Virus record (IMG/VR): IMGVR_UViG_3300003702_000965
Coordinates: 1 to 64,000 of that record
Length of the DNA: 64,000 nucleotides
Strand: one strand, 5' to 3'
DNA from: a virus
Made by a program: the position numbers and the translations under genes. Positions 8,893 through 18,621 of the stretch are shown here, in pieces. The notes beneath the pieces are model-generated. The model saw only the letters and a program-made list of their open reading frames with translations, was not told where the DNA came from and searched no databases. Each line of letters begins with the position of its first letter. Positions within the stretch are counted from its first letter, which is position 1.

Positions 8893-11800
8893 ATGGCAGC
8901 TAAAGGAGATATAGGCTTAGATGTTTTCGCAACGAGACCCTCGCTGCGGAAGTTGCAAAGAGAGCTAAAGCGCTCTACTGAAACGGTAGAGATCAAGGGA
9001 CTTAGCGATTCAGAAGTAAGGAAAAAATTTAAGCAGCCATTAGGTAGAATTAAAGGCGACCTTGGAGAATTCCAAAAATCCATGGACGCTTCTAATGCCC
9101 GTGTTATTGCGTTCGGAGCTTCTGTTGCTATTATTAATGGCGTAGCTAGTGCTTTTAAAGGTGCCGCAAAGGCGTCAGTTGAAGTAGAAAGCGCGCTGGC
9201 TGATATAAATGTAATACTCAATACCACTACCAAAGGTCTTCAAAAGTTTGGTAGCGAGCTTTTCGAGATAGCGAGAAATACTGGTCAAAGTTTCAAGGTG
9301 GTAGCTGAGGCGGCGGGAGAGCTTGCTAGACAGGGCTTGGGGATGGAAGACACCCTTAAAAGAACCAGTGACGCTCTTATTTTAGCCAGATTATCTGGAA
9401 TGGATACAGTAGATGCTGTAAACTCCTTAACTGCTGCAGTTAACTCGTTTTCTAAATCAGCATTAACTTCTGCTGAAATAGTTAATAAATTAGCTAACGT
9501 TGACGCTGCTTTCGCCGTTAGTTCGGCGGATTTGGCGGAAGCAATTAAACGTGTCGGTAGTAGCGCCTCTTCCGCTGGAGTAAGCATGGATGAGCTTATA
9601 GCGATTGTTACTACAGCTCAACAAACAACCGCAAGAGGCGGAGCTGTTATAGGTAACAGCTTCAAAACTATATTCACAAGGCTCCAAAGACCAAAGGTTT
9701 TAGATCAATTAGAGGGTATTGGCGTAGCCACGAAAAACGCAGCGGGAGAAATGTTACCTCTAATGAGCGTTTTGAAGGGTTTGGCAGGGTCTTTTGACAA
9801 ACTAGAAGATACTCAAAGGGCTCAAATAGCAGAGTTAGTTGGTGGTGTTTTTCAAGTTAACATTCTGAAAGCTGCATTATCTGATTTAGGTCAGGAATAT
9901 GGCGTCTACGGAAGGGCTTTAGAAACATCCATAACATCCACAGATCAAGCTATTCTAAGAAACGAAAAGTTAAATGAAACTTTATCATCTTTAATAAACA
10001 GGACTTTGGTAAACGTTCAAAGAATTGGCGCGGAGATTGGCGATTTAGGAATGGCCCCTACGGGTAGAATGCTTTTGGAGGGAATCAACAAAAATCCAAT
10101 TTTTGGGATAGAGGATTTTGATCTAAAAGAAGCGGATGGTGTTGGCGAAAAGCTTGGCGCTGGGATTGTTCGTGGATTGGGGGCTTTCATGAAAGGCCCC
10201 GGGTTAATATTGGCTGGAGCCGGATTCTTGAAGCTTTTCGGTAAATTAAGAACATTTGCTCTAGACGCATTTAAGGGTATATCAGGGCTAAATGTAGAAT
10301 CAAATAAAAGAAAAGCTATAGAAGAGAGAATAGGTGTTGTTTTAGCTGATAATAATAGGTTAATGCGAAACTTTACCGAGGGGACTATCACTGCTACAAA
10401 AGCCGCGGAGGAGCTCTTGCGCGCAATGGCTTCAAGAGACGTGCAGACTTCAAGAAAAAGTAGTCTCATCAGACAAACGGCCAGACAGATGAGTGACTCC
10501 TTCAACATCGATGATGGGATGGTTACCGTCAAAGGGACAAAGAGAAGATCCAAGGCTTTTGGGTATGTCCCGAATTTCAATAAACAAGCTGGCGAAAGAC
10601 TTGAAATGCTTATGGCTGGCTACAATCCGTCAGACATAAAGAGTGCTAGAATAACGCAAACTAGAATTCATAAGGGAGATGGTACTAGTTTTTTGGGGAC
10701 CATGAATTCGGCTGAGAAGAAGCGGACCACAACAAACGCATACGGACATAAAGCCACTTGGATTATCCCACCGAAAAGCTCATCTGCGTATGGAAGATTT
10801 ACCGATAACGTTCCCAATTTTGCTGGCCCGAGAGCATTTGAAAAACTGGATACTCCAACTGGTGTGTACTGGTCGATGATGTTAAAAAAATACGAACAAC
10901 AGCTTGATTTAAGTAAACCAGATAGTGTTATCGGCGCTCAGATGCAAAAGTTAATACAAGAAGAAAAGAATTTAGATTGGAGAGTGGAACCGAACCCTAA
11001 AAAAAGGGCCATCAAAAAGAAAAAATGGGCGAAGGAAGAAAAGAAGCTACCGGGGATGAAATCCGGTTTTCAGGGAACACAGCTTGGTCAGTCCTTCAAA
11101 AGAATGAAAGCCCGAGAAAAATCAGGGGAAGCTTATAAAACGACTGGTTCTATACAAGAGCAAATTTTAGGTATGCTGCCGGGGCCAGAGGGAATGAAGG
11201 CAGGGTCAAGGAGGAAAAAGCCTTTAGCTATATCGTCCGGTAGACATGAAGGAGCTCCAAAGGACATTATAGGTGGTTTAGCTACGCAGTACCGAGCTCC
11301 TCTGCACCCCGGAAAACTCGATAGAGCGGTAAAAATAGGTTTTCCTTCGTACGTGAAGAAAGTAGCTTTTACGAAAGGTGTTTGGCATCAAGCGTTAAAC
11401 CAAACAGAAAAAGATATTTTGAGTACATCCCTTAATAAAGCGGCAGGCGACGAAGCGGCCATGGGTCAGGTTTACGGAAGGGTCTACGAAGCTATCATTG
11501 AAGGAATGACCATGACCAGAAAGAAAAAGGGGAAGTTTGGGTCTGCCGCTTTGGATTATCCAGCTGGGACAGAAATGAAAGAGGCATTTCATAGGCATTT
11601 TGATCCAGAGTTCTTGACCCGGGTTAAGGCAGAAGGAGGAGAGCATAAAAGCGGAGAGTTTGAGTGGGATAGATATCAGAAAAAGCAGGGGGGGATATGG
11701 GGGAAGATGCTAACAGACCCCGGGTATCGGAAAGGCGGCAAAACACCGGAGAGAATAACGCTGCCGCCCGAAGGGGAGGCGCTGCTAAACGAACTTGTCG

Positions 11801-14800
11801 CTAGCGGCCAAGTAAGAGAAAAAACTTTTTACAAAGGTTTGAAAGCGGGAGGTTTTGTCCCTAATTTTTCCAAAAAAACCGCCATGGATGCCGAGAGAAA
11901 AATGGGCGGAGATCCAATGTATTCTGATTTGCCGTTTCCGCATGTTAGAGACAAAAAAACACAAAAAAGATTTTCAGATGTATTAAGAGATCACCCCGAA
12001 GGATTGGGAGCGGCCATATCCAATTCACTGAGCGTACAAAAAAATATTCCTTCATTTGCTCCGCCAATGGGTTCCGGGATAGGCAAGTTGTTAAAGGGTC
12101 TTGGTATAAACGTTATGGGGGATGTATTGGGTGGAGCTAAGAGGGAGATTAAAGAAAGCAAGTATGGAAAAAAGGTACTTGGTACGAAATCTTTGGAAGC
12201 CGAGATCGCTGATTTAGAAGAGGAATTTGAGGGGTTTGTAAAGTCGCTTACACGACACAATAAGGAAATTATTAAAGCTTCTCTCAATTTACAGAAATTT
12301 GAGGCAAAGACGTTTGGAGTCAAAGGAGTTTCCAAGATGGGGACAATCCCCGAGTTTGGGGATCGGACAGATAGATCATTTTTGGATAAAGAGAGGGAAA
12401 AAGCCGCCTTCTCCTCAGAGGCGGCGAAGATTACGGCCGACAAGAAGCGGCTAGATCTGGCGGCTGATAAGCTTGCGCATAGACGAAGGGCGGACAAGGC
12501 GGAAGTTATGGCGGATACAATACTAGCGAAAAAGGAAGAGTTACAAGCTAGACCCCAAGGCGCAGTTGGGAGCAGAATGGAAAAGATAAAAGGAGGTCTA
12601 TTCGCTGCCTCGTTTGCTGTCCCAACGGCGACGGGAATTATAAGCGAATTTATGGGTAGAGACAGCTCTATGGGAAAAGGTGCTACGATTTTAGGGGAAT
12701 CTTTTTCCGCCGCTGCTGGAGTTGCTTCGATTCTTCCGGGGCATTTGGGTTTGATAGCCGGGGCTGCTGTTGGGTTAGGTTCCGCTATTGGAAAGTTCAC
12801 AAATGCGGCGCTAGAAGTTGGTAAAGAGTTAGGGAGGACGAAGGAAGAGCTTCAGCAATCTTTACAAAATTTACAAGACGCTTCGACTAGGTATTTTGAT
12901 ATTGCATCCAAGTTGGATGACGCGGTTAAAAGTGGAGCTTCTGGGGATTTAATTACTAGATTGGGTGAAAAGCTTCAAGACACTCTGGCTAAATTAGATC
13001 CAGCTACTCAAGCGATAGTGACTTCTTCCTTTACTTTAGCCGAAAAGCAAGACGCTTTAGGGAAAATAATAGAGGGTCAGGGAAAAGAATTAAAACAAAT
13101 TCAATTAGCGGAAAACTTGGCGAAAATGATGAACGAGGCAAGGGGTAGTGGTTTTGTTGCTTTTTTCAAGATGCTTGGAGGTATGGCTCCGGGAGGCTTG
13201 AGCCCCACTGAAGCTGGTAGGAATTTTGAAGCTTTAGATTCTAGAAGCGTAGGGGGGGCAGCTTCGGCCCTTTTTGGTTCGTTAGGGGCGAAAAAAGTAA
13301 GAACCAACTTAGGAGTTATTTCGGGAGCTGGGGACAAAGATACCCTTGCCGGAGTCCTAGAGGATTCTTTAGGCGCTACCTCAGATTTAGCCCAGATGGT
13401 TAGGCTTCTTACCGAAGAAGACTTCGAAGCCTTGAGACTGAAGTTGATGATGTTAGGAGAGGAAGCTCAGAGAAACGCTGATCTAGCGGAAGTAAACATA
13501 GAAACTCAAAAAAGGTATAATGCAATAATGACAGAGGCTAACAAAGGTCTGAAAATTGCCTCAGGTAACTTGTTAGACATGCAGAAAAGACTTATAGAAA
13601 CGTTTGTTTTTAATAGGGAGATGAGAAGCAAGAGATTCTTTAATGAAATTGATATTACCATAGCCAAGTTTGACAAGTTGTTTGGAATTGCGTCATCTAC
13701 AATGGGCTCCCTGCAGAAGGCTGACGCGAACTTTAGAAAGAAAAGATTTAATGCAGACGTAGGTTTTCAGAAAAAAATAATTTCCGCACAAAACACCTTT
13801 GTTGGGAGCATGACAGATGTGTCTGGTGAAACGGCAAGAATAGTCAAAGGAAAAAATCAAAAGGCTAAGATGCTCAATAGGACCAGAGATCAGGTCAATT
13901 TTTCGCAACAGATAATAAGTCTTTTAGAGCAGTTTGATTTGAATCAAGATCCGGAGTTGTTGAAAAAATCATTAAAAGACGCAGTGAAAAACGACTCAAC
14001 CGCGCTCGAGCAAGAAAGAATGCTCATAAATATAGACAAAAATTTCAATACATTCCTGCAACAATCCACAAAAGCCCAAATAGAAAGAGAAAAGCAGACC
14101 AAGCTAAATCAAGCTATATTGGATATAGATAGAGAACAGGCCAGACTCATGGCCGCAGGGGGAATTAAGTCCGTATTGGACCCAGCTTCGTTCGATACCC
14201 TTATTGACAAATTTACTGATGCATCAAGAGATATGCTTGTTGGCGGAGGATTCACTGGGCAAGGGGTAAATAGTACAATGGCTGGGTCAGGAGCTTTAAA
14301 TATGCTCAAGCTTTTAAGGGAGAACGGCATGATTGGAGCTGGAGCGGGAACAATTCCTCCTAATTTAAGAAAACAGGCCGTGGACGCGAGAATAGCTCAA
14401 ATCAATGAACTTACAGAAGGCTTGATATTTTTAGGCCAAAGAACTGGAAATCCTTCAATGGTTCGAGAAGCTCAAAATATAAACGCAAGAGAAATAGCCG
14501 AGGCAAACATAGCGGCATTTGAAGACCCGATGGCTGCTTCAGAGAAGCAGATTACGAGGATTTCGGAGCTAATGAAAGATCTTAAAATTGATTTCAATAG
14601 TCATGAGAGCAGTATTGAAGACATATTAAATGCTAACGTAAAATCAAATAGAGAATCTTTTCTTACGTTGGATAAATCTTCTGCGCAACTTTTGGCGGCT
14701 TCAGAGGTATTGCTTCAGTTTCAGATAGCTAGAGAGTTTGATACAGCCGCTGAGCATGCTCAAATAAGGCTGTCAGACAAACAATATAATCAAGCTGTAA

Positions 14801-15885
14801 ATAATTTAACCAAAGACACAGATAGATTACGAGAAGGTTTTCAAGGCATGGCTGAGTTCGAGGGTCCCGATGGGGGGTCGAAAGATAGAAGAGATGCCAG
14901 AGCGGCGTTTTCTAGAGCTATGGGTTATCAAGCCTTTGATCCCCATAACTTTTATCAGACGTCGAAGCTCGGCACGGGCTGGAGCGGGCCCGGAGAAATG
15001 TCGATGCAAAAGTTGGGTCAAGATTTTTTCAAAGATAAAGATGTTCTTGACGCTTTAAAAGCCGTCTCGGGGCTTCCGGGAGGGCTGAAAATGGGCAATC
15101 TTACGACTGGAGGTAGGACCGAGATGGACGAGTTCAACAAAAACATGAGTATATTAGCTCACGAAATTGCCATAAGAAAAGGTCTAGACGATTCCAGAGA
15201 GATAGAAGTTGGGCTAAAAGAGGCGATATTTGGGCGGGAGATAGAAACTAATATGCTGCACGCCTTAAGTGAGTCCACAGATGCAATGTCCAGTGTTATA
15301 AAAACCTCTATTCAGGACATCATAGATGCTGGCCATTTAAAGGGAACTTCAGAGCGAGAGCTTAAGGTAAAGGGAAAGGAGAGGCGAGAAGCTGAGGACG
15401 AAAGAGTATCTAGAACTTCTCAAGCTACAGGCTTTGGAATAACAGACGAGGACGAACATAGGAGAAATCTCCAAGAGCAGACAATAAATGTCCTTAAAGC
15501 GTCTGGGGAAACGATGCAAGCTATGAGAAGGTCTCAAGGCGAGTTTAAAGCTTCATTGAAAGAAGTGTTTACCGTCGAAACACCTATTGGAACAGCTATT
15601 CAAGACTTCGTAGCTGCAGTAAAAGATCCGTTGGATATAAAGATAGGAGAACACACAATTACTGTGAGAGGTGATGAACAGGCTAGAGAGGAGCTGAAAG
15701 AGCATCTGAGCGCAGCAGTGAAAGAGGCCGCGAGAGAAGCCGTTACCTCCGTTGACAGCGTCTACGGAAGGGCTTTAGAGAGGATGCTGCCGCAAGCGCT
15801 TAATGTAATAATAAACCAGCTTCCGGCGGGTGTTCGCGGGTCTACGACGAACGCAGTTAATGCGGTGATAATCGGACCGAACTAA
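8893..15885 (+). CDS. Tail tape measure protein (TP901-like N-terminal domain), 2330 aa
   Basis: N-terminal motifs AAGELARQG...DAVNSLTAAVNSF...VDAAFAVSSADLAEAIKR...GGAVIGNSFKTIFTRL; long helical and Gly/Ala-rich hydrophobic segments. Confidence 0.92.
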   Translation: MAAKGDIGLDVFATRPSLRKLQRELKRSTETVEIKGLSDSEVRKKFKQPLGRIKGDLGEFQKSMDASNARVIAFGASVAIINGVASAFKGAAKASVEVESALADINVILNTTTKGLQKFGSELFEIARNTGQSFKVVAEAAGELARQGLGMEDTLKRTSDALILARLSGMDTVDAVNSLTAAVNSFSKSALTSAEIVNKLANVDAAFAVSSADLAEAIKRVGSSASSAGVSMDELIAIVTTAQQTTARGGAVIGNSFKTIFTRLQRPKVLDQLEGIGVATKNAAGEMLPLMSVLKGLAGSFDKLEDTQRAQIAELVGGVFQVNILKAALSDLGQEYGVYGRALETSITSTDQAILRNEKLNETLSSLINRTLVNVQRIGAEIGDLGMAPTGRMLLEGINKNPIFGIEDFDLKEADGVGEKLGAGIVRGLGAFMKGPGLILAGAGFLKLFGKLRTFALDAFKGISGLNVESNKRKAIEERIGVVLADNNRLMRNFTEGTITATKAAEELLRAMASRDVQTSRKSSLIRQTARQMSDSFNIDDGMVTVKGTKRRSKAFGYVPNFNKQAGERLEMLMAGYNPSDIKSARITQTRIHKGDGTSFLGTMNSAEKKRTTTNAYGHKATWIIPPKSSSAYGRFTDNVPNFAGPRAFEKLDTPTGVYWSMMLKKYEQQLDLSKPDSVIGAQMQKLIQEEKNLDWRVEPNPKKRAIKKKKWAKEEKKLPGMKSGFQGTQLGQSFKRMKAREKSGEAYKTTGSIQEQILGMLPGPEGMKAGSRRKKPLAISSGRHEGAPKDIIGGLATQYRAPLHPGKLDRAVKIGFPSYVKKVAFTKGVWHQALNQTEKDILSTSLNKAAGDEAAMGQVYGRVYEAIIEGMTMTRKKKGKFGSAALDYPAGTEMKEAFHRHFDPEFLTRVKAEGGEHKSGEFEWDRYQKKQGGIWGKMLTDPGYRKGGKTPERITLPPEGEALLNELVASGQVREKTFYKGLKAGGFVPNFSKKTAMDAERKMGGDPMYSDLPFPHVRDKKTQKRFSDVLRDHPEGLGAAISNSLSVQKNIPSFAPPMGSGIGKLLKGLGINVMGDVLGGAKREIKESKYGKKVLGTKSLEAEIADLEEEFEGFVKSLTRHNKEIIKASLNLQKFEAKTFGVKGVSKMGTIPEFGDRTDRSFLDKEREKAAFSSEAAKITADKKRLDLAADKLAHRRRADKAEVMADTILAKKEELQARPQGAVGSRMEKIKGGLFAASFAVPTATGIISEFMGRDSSMGKGATILGESFSAAAGVASILPGHLGLIAGAAVGLGSAIGKFTNAALEVGKELGRTKEELQQSLQNLQDASTRYFDIASKLDDAVKSGASGDLITRLGEKLQDTLAKLDPATQAIVTSSFTLAEKQDALGKIIEGQGKELKQIQLAENLAKMMNEARGSGFVAFFKMLGGMAPGGLSPTEAGRNFEALDSRSVGGAASALFGSLGAKKVRTNLGVISGAGDKDTLAGVLEDSLGATSDLAQMVRLLTEEDFEALRLKLMMLGEEAQRNADLAEVNIETQKRYNAIMTEANKGLKIASGNLLDMQKRLIETFVFNREMRSKRFFNEIDITIAKFDKLFGIASSTMGSLQKADANFRKKRFNADVGFQKKIISAQNTFVGSMTDVSGETARIVKGKNQKAKMLNRTRDQVNFSQQIISLLEQFDLNQDPELLKKSLKDAVKNDSTALEQERMLINIDKNFNTFLQQSTKAQIEREKQTKLNQAILDIDREQARLMAAGGIKSVLDPASFDTLIDKFTDASRDMLVGGGFTGQGVNSTMAGSGALNMLKLLRENGMIGAGAGTIPPNLRKQAVDARIAQINELTEGLIFLGQRTGNPSMVREAQNINAREIAEANIAAFEDPMAASEKQITRISELMKDLKIDFNSHESSIEDILNANVKSNRESFLTLDKSSAQLLAASEVLLQFQIAREFDTAAEHAQIRLSDKQYNQAVNNLTKDTDRLREGFQGMAEFEGPDGGSKDRRDARAAFSRAMGYQAFDPHNFYQTSKLGTGWSGPGEMSMQKLGQDFFKDKDVLDALKAVSGLPGGLKMGNLTTGGRTEMDEFNKNMSILAHEIAIRKGLDDSREIEVGLKEAIFGREIETNMLHALSESTDAMSSVIKTSIQDIIDAGHLKGTSERELKVKGKERREAEDERVSRTSQATGFGITDEDEHRRNLQEQTINVLKASGETMQAMRRSQGEFKASLKEVFTVETPIGTAIQDFVAAVKDPLDIKIGEHTITVRGDEQAREELKEHLSAAVKEAAREAVTSVDSVYGRALERMLPQALNVIINQLPAGVRGSTTNAVNAVIIGPN

Positions 15886-15891
15886 AAAATA

Positions 15892-18621
15892 ATGTTAGAT
15901 TTTCAAAACGCAACTCTTCTTTCATATAATCATACGAACAAATTCGGTGGTGGCGAACTGTTCAGGCTGGGTTCCGTAAAAGAACTGACAGTCAGGGGCT
16001 TTTTAAAGTCCAAAACTGAAAACAAAGATTTAGAAGGAGTCAAAGAGGCGCAGACAAAAATTCAAGATTTCATCGATTTAGCCAACGATTGGGAAGACAT
16101 AAGAATAAACAACCATAATTTCGGAAAAGGAAGAGTCACAAGCCTTGATTTTCTGTCATCACCGGATACATTCACAGATCATATAAGATTTGCAGAATTT
16201 GAAGCGACGATAGAGATCCCGTCATCGACCAATGGAGATGAGCTGTATAATTTAAGGGGGGAGACGTATAGGGGCATATTGTCTGCCATAGATAGGACTT
16301 CCAGCGCTTTGCAGGATTTTGATGAGTCTTTCAGCTTCGAAATAGAAGAAGATAATGGGTATTCATATTCACATGATCTTACAATAAATTTTATTAGCGG
16401 CGTTCTGCCTGAGATGATTACTAGCGGAGCTAGGTATGATTCCAACAAAGAATATTTTATTAAAAATTTAGAAAGCGACGAAGAGTGTTCATTTACTCAG
16501 GGGGCTTCTGAGTCTTTGAGGAGAATAGACACTTCAGCGGATATCATATCAAGCGATGGAAACTTCATTCCAACAGATACGTCAGCTATAGACATAGCGT
16601 TATCGAGCAGAATAGGCAGTACGGCGTCTAGCTCGAGTTACAGTTCCTCTTATCTGCCTGCTAACGCAATTGACATCGAAGTAGGGGATCCCGTGGTGGA
16701 AACAGACTTCGTCGCTAAGACCAAGGATTCTGGAGAAGATAACTATCAATGGTGGGAAATAGATTTAGGATGTAATGTTTATGATTTAACGAAAGTTGTC
16801 ATAAGGAACAGAGACGCTTCCGCCTCAACAAAACTATATTTAAATAACTTTAGGATTAGCGTTTTTGAAGAAGGCTATACCAAAAGTCAAAACGTTACAG
16901 CTGCCGTTTTAGCAACGTCATACGCAAAGTATTTAACTTATAGTAGCGACCATTACGACACTGACGACACCTATCCAGACAGGGAGCTCGCTGTAAGTCT
17001 GCCAGCTGGAGTTTACGGGAGATACCTAAGAGTACAGTGGTTAAGCATGACTACTACTGGGGGCGGCACGACTAGGATTCCCGTTTCCGCGCTAGGTTTT
17101 TCAAATTTCGAATTATATAGTAGCAGGTCTGTAGTTAAAGTATACAATTCCGAGTCGTCAACAAACGACCCAGTAAAAACTTCTGTCAAATTAATAAAGA
17201 CTAACCCCATAGCTCAATCAAAAAAAGCTGCTAGAAGAATATTCGAAACTAGACCAGCCTTGGGTTTTATCGATGCAAAATATTCTGGATATTATCAGAC
17301 GACTGGCCAAAGTTTCTTTAGCGAAACCTACGATTTATCTAATCATACTTGTTCCTTTACAAAGAACTTAAAGTTTGCCGCTAATACAGGAGATAAGTAC
17401 TCGGTTAGTAGGTCTCATTCTTTGGAAATTGCGGAGAATGGAATAGCTACCATAACAGAAGAAGGAAGCGTCAAGGGTAGGATTAAGCCTTTCTTTTCCT
17501 CCGCAAGAGAAGGAGCTGAGACGGAAATAAACAACTCTTATTCTAGGGTAACTGGAATTTTTTCAGGTTATTGTGCGGGATATAATAATAATGCTTGGTT
17601 TTTACCTTGGACTTCAGATAGCGAGATACCGGGACACGACAATTTGGGTTCAGGGATCAACCATGGGCCTTCTGGAATGTATCAAGACATATTCGATAGG
17701 CCAATTGATATATCTAGATCCTATGCTAGTGGGGAATCTAGGGTGGATTATTCTGTCAAATATTCAAATAACCCTAGAATAACTGGTCAGTATCAATTTG
17801 ATAGGAGCGTATCCTTCTCTAAAAACGAAGAAAATATTTTATCTGTAGTCGAAGCCGGAGATATAAAGCCCTATTTTTCCAAAAGATTTAAATACACGCA
17901 GACAAACCCCAATAACGTCGACGACCCATATGGCTTGAAAAGTTTTTATAAACAAAAAGAACATAAAATCAAAGAGAGATGTGAAAGGGCTTATTCTCAA
18001 TATTTGAATAGAATAGATTATCTGAGCCTATATCATAAAGGATTAACGCTGGAGCCGGTATCAACGAAGCTAAGCCATCAAGCTTACGGAAAGTCGTTGA
18101 CGTATACCAAAACGTTCTCAGACGACAAAACCATAGTGGATACGAATAATTTAAAATCTTTTTCTCTTGATTTTTCGGATTCTCCTCCAATATATTCTAG
18201 CAAAGATTATATAATACCTAGATTTGGAGTTGTGTTTAACCAGAAAGGCAATTATGCGACTTTAGGCAAGAGAACAGTGTCTTGCAGGGGAACGTATAAA
18301 AGATTAAACACTTCCAACATTTTGAAGATATATGAAGGAGGAAATTACGTTACTTCAAATCTTCTGTCGGTGCCAAACTTAATGAAGGCTCTGAACTATA
18401 TGAGGGGTCAATGCGTTACAAAAGCTCGCGAGGTTTGGGCTGATTATGGAATAGACCCCGGTCAACACCCAACCTTCCACGTTTCTGATATGAGTTATAG
18501 CTTCGGTTCCGACAGATCTTTGACGTTAAGTATGGATTTTGTCTTTACCGGTTCCAAGGCATTCAATGAACTAGCCTATAGAGATGGTGGGATTAATAAT
18601 TGGGAAGGAAATACGCCATAA
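15892..18621 (+). CDS. Tail-tip protein with inserted F5/8 (discoidin/F-type lectin-like) domain
   Basis: 909 aa after the tape measure; QWWEIDLG...KVVIRNRD...LNNFRISV...GRYLRVQ...FSNFELY at ~16690-17120. Confidence 0.65.
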   Translation: MLDFQNATLLSYNHTNKFGGGELFRLGSVKELTVRGFLKSKTENKDLEGVKEAQTKIQDFIDLANDWEDIRINNHNFGKGRVTSLDFLSSPDTFTDHIRFAEFEATIEIPSSTNGDELYNLRGETYRGILSAIDRTSSALQDFDESFSFEIEEDNGYSYSHDLTINFISGVLPEMITSGARYDSNKEYFIKNLESDEECSFTQGASESLRRIDTSADIISSDGNFIPTDTSAIDIALSSRIGSTASSSSYSSSYLPANAIDIEVGDPVVETDFVAKTKDSGEDNYQWWEIDLGCNVYDLTKVVIRNRDASASTKLYLNNFRISVFEEGYTKSQNVTAAVLATSYAKYLTYSSDHYDTDDTYPDRELAVSLPAGVYGRYLRVQWLSMTTTGGGTTRIPVSALGFSNFELYSSRSVVKVYNSESSTNDPVKTSVKLIKTNPIAQSKKAARRIFETRPALGFIDAKYSGYYQTTGQSFFSETYDLSNHTCSFTKNLKFAANTGDKYSVSRSHSLEIAENGIATITEEGSVKGRIKPFFSSAREGAETEINNSYSRVTGIFSGYCAGYNNNAWFLPWTSDSEIPGHDNLGSGINHGPSGMYQDIFDRPIDISRSYASGESRVDYSVKYSNNPRITGQYQFDRSVSFSKNEENILSVVEAGDIKPYFSKRFKYTQTNPNNVDDPYGLKSFYKQKEHKIKERCERAYSQYLNRIDYLSLYHKGLTLEPVSTKLSHQAYGKSLTYTKTFSDDKTIVDTNNLKSFSLDFSDSPPIYSSKDYIIPRFGVVFNQKGNYATLGKRTVSCRGTYKRLNTSNILKIYEGGNYVTSNLLSVPNLMKALNYMRGQCVTKAREVWADYGIDPGQHPTFHVSDMSYSFGSDRSLTLSMDFVFTGSKAFNELAYRDGGINNWEGNTP

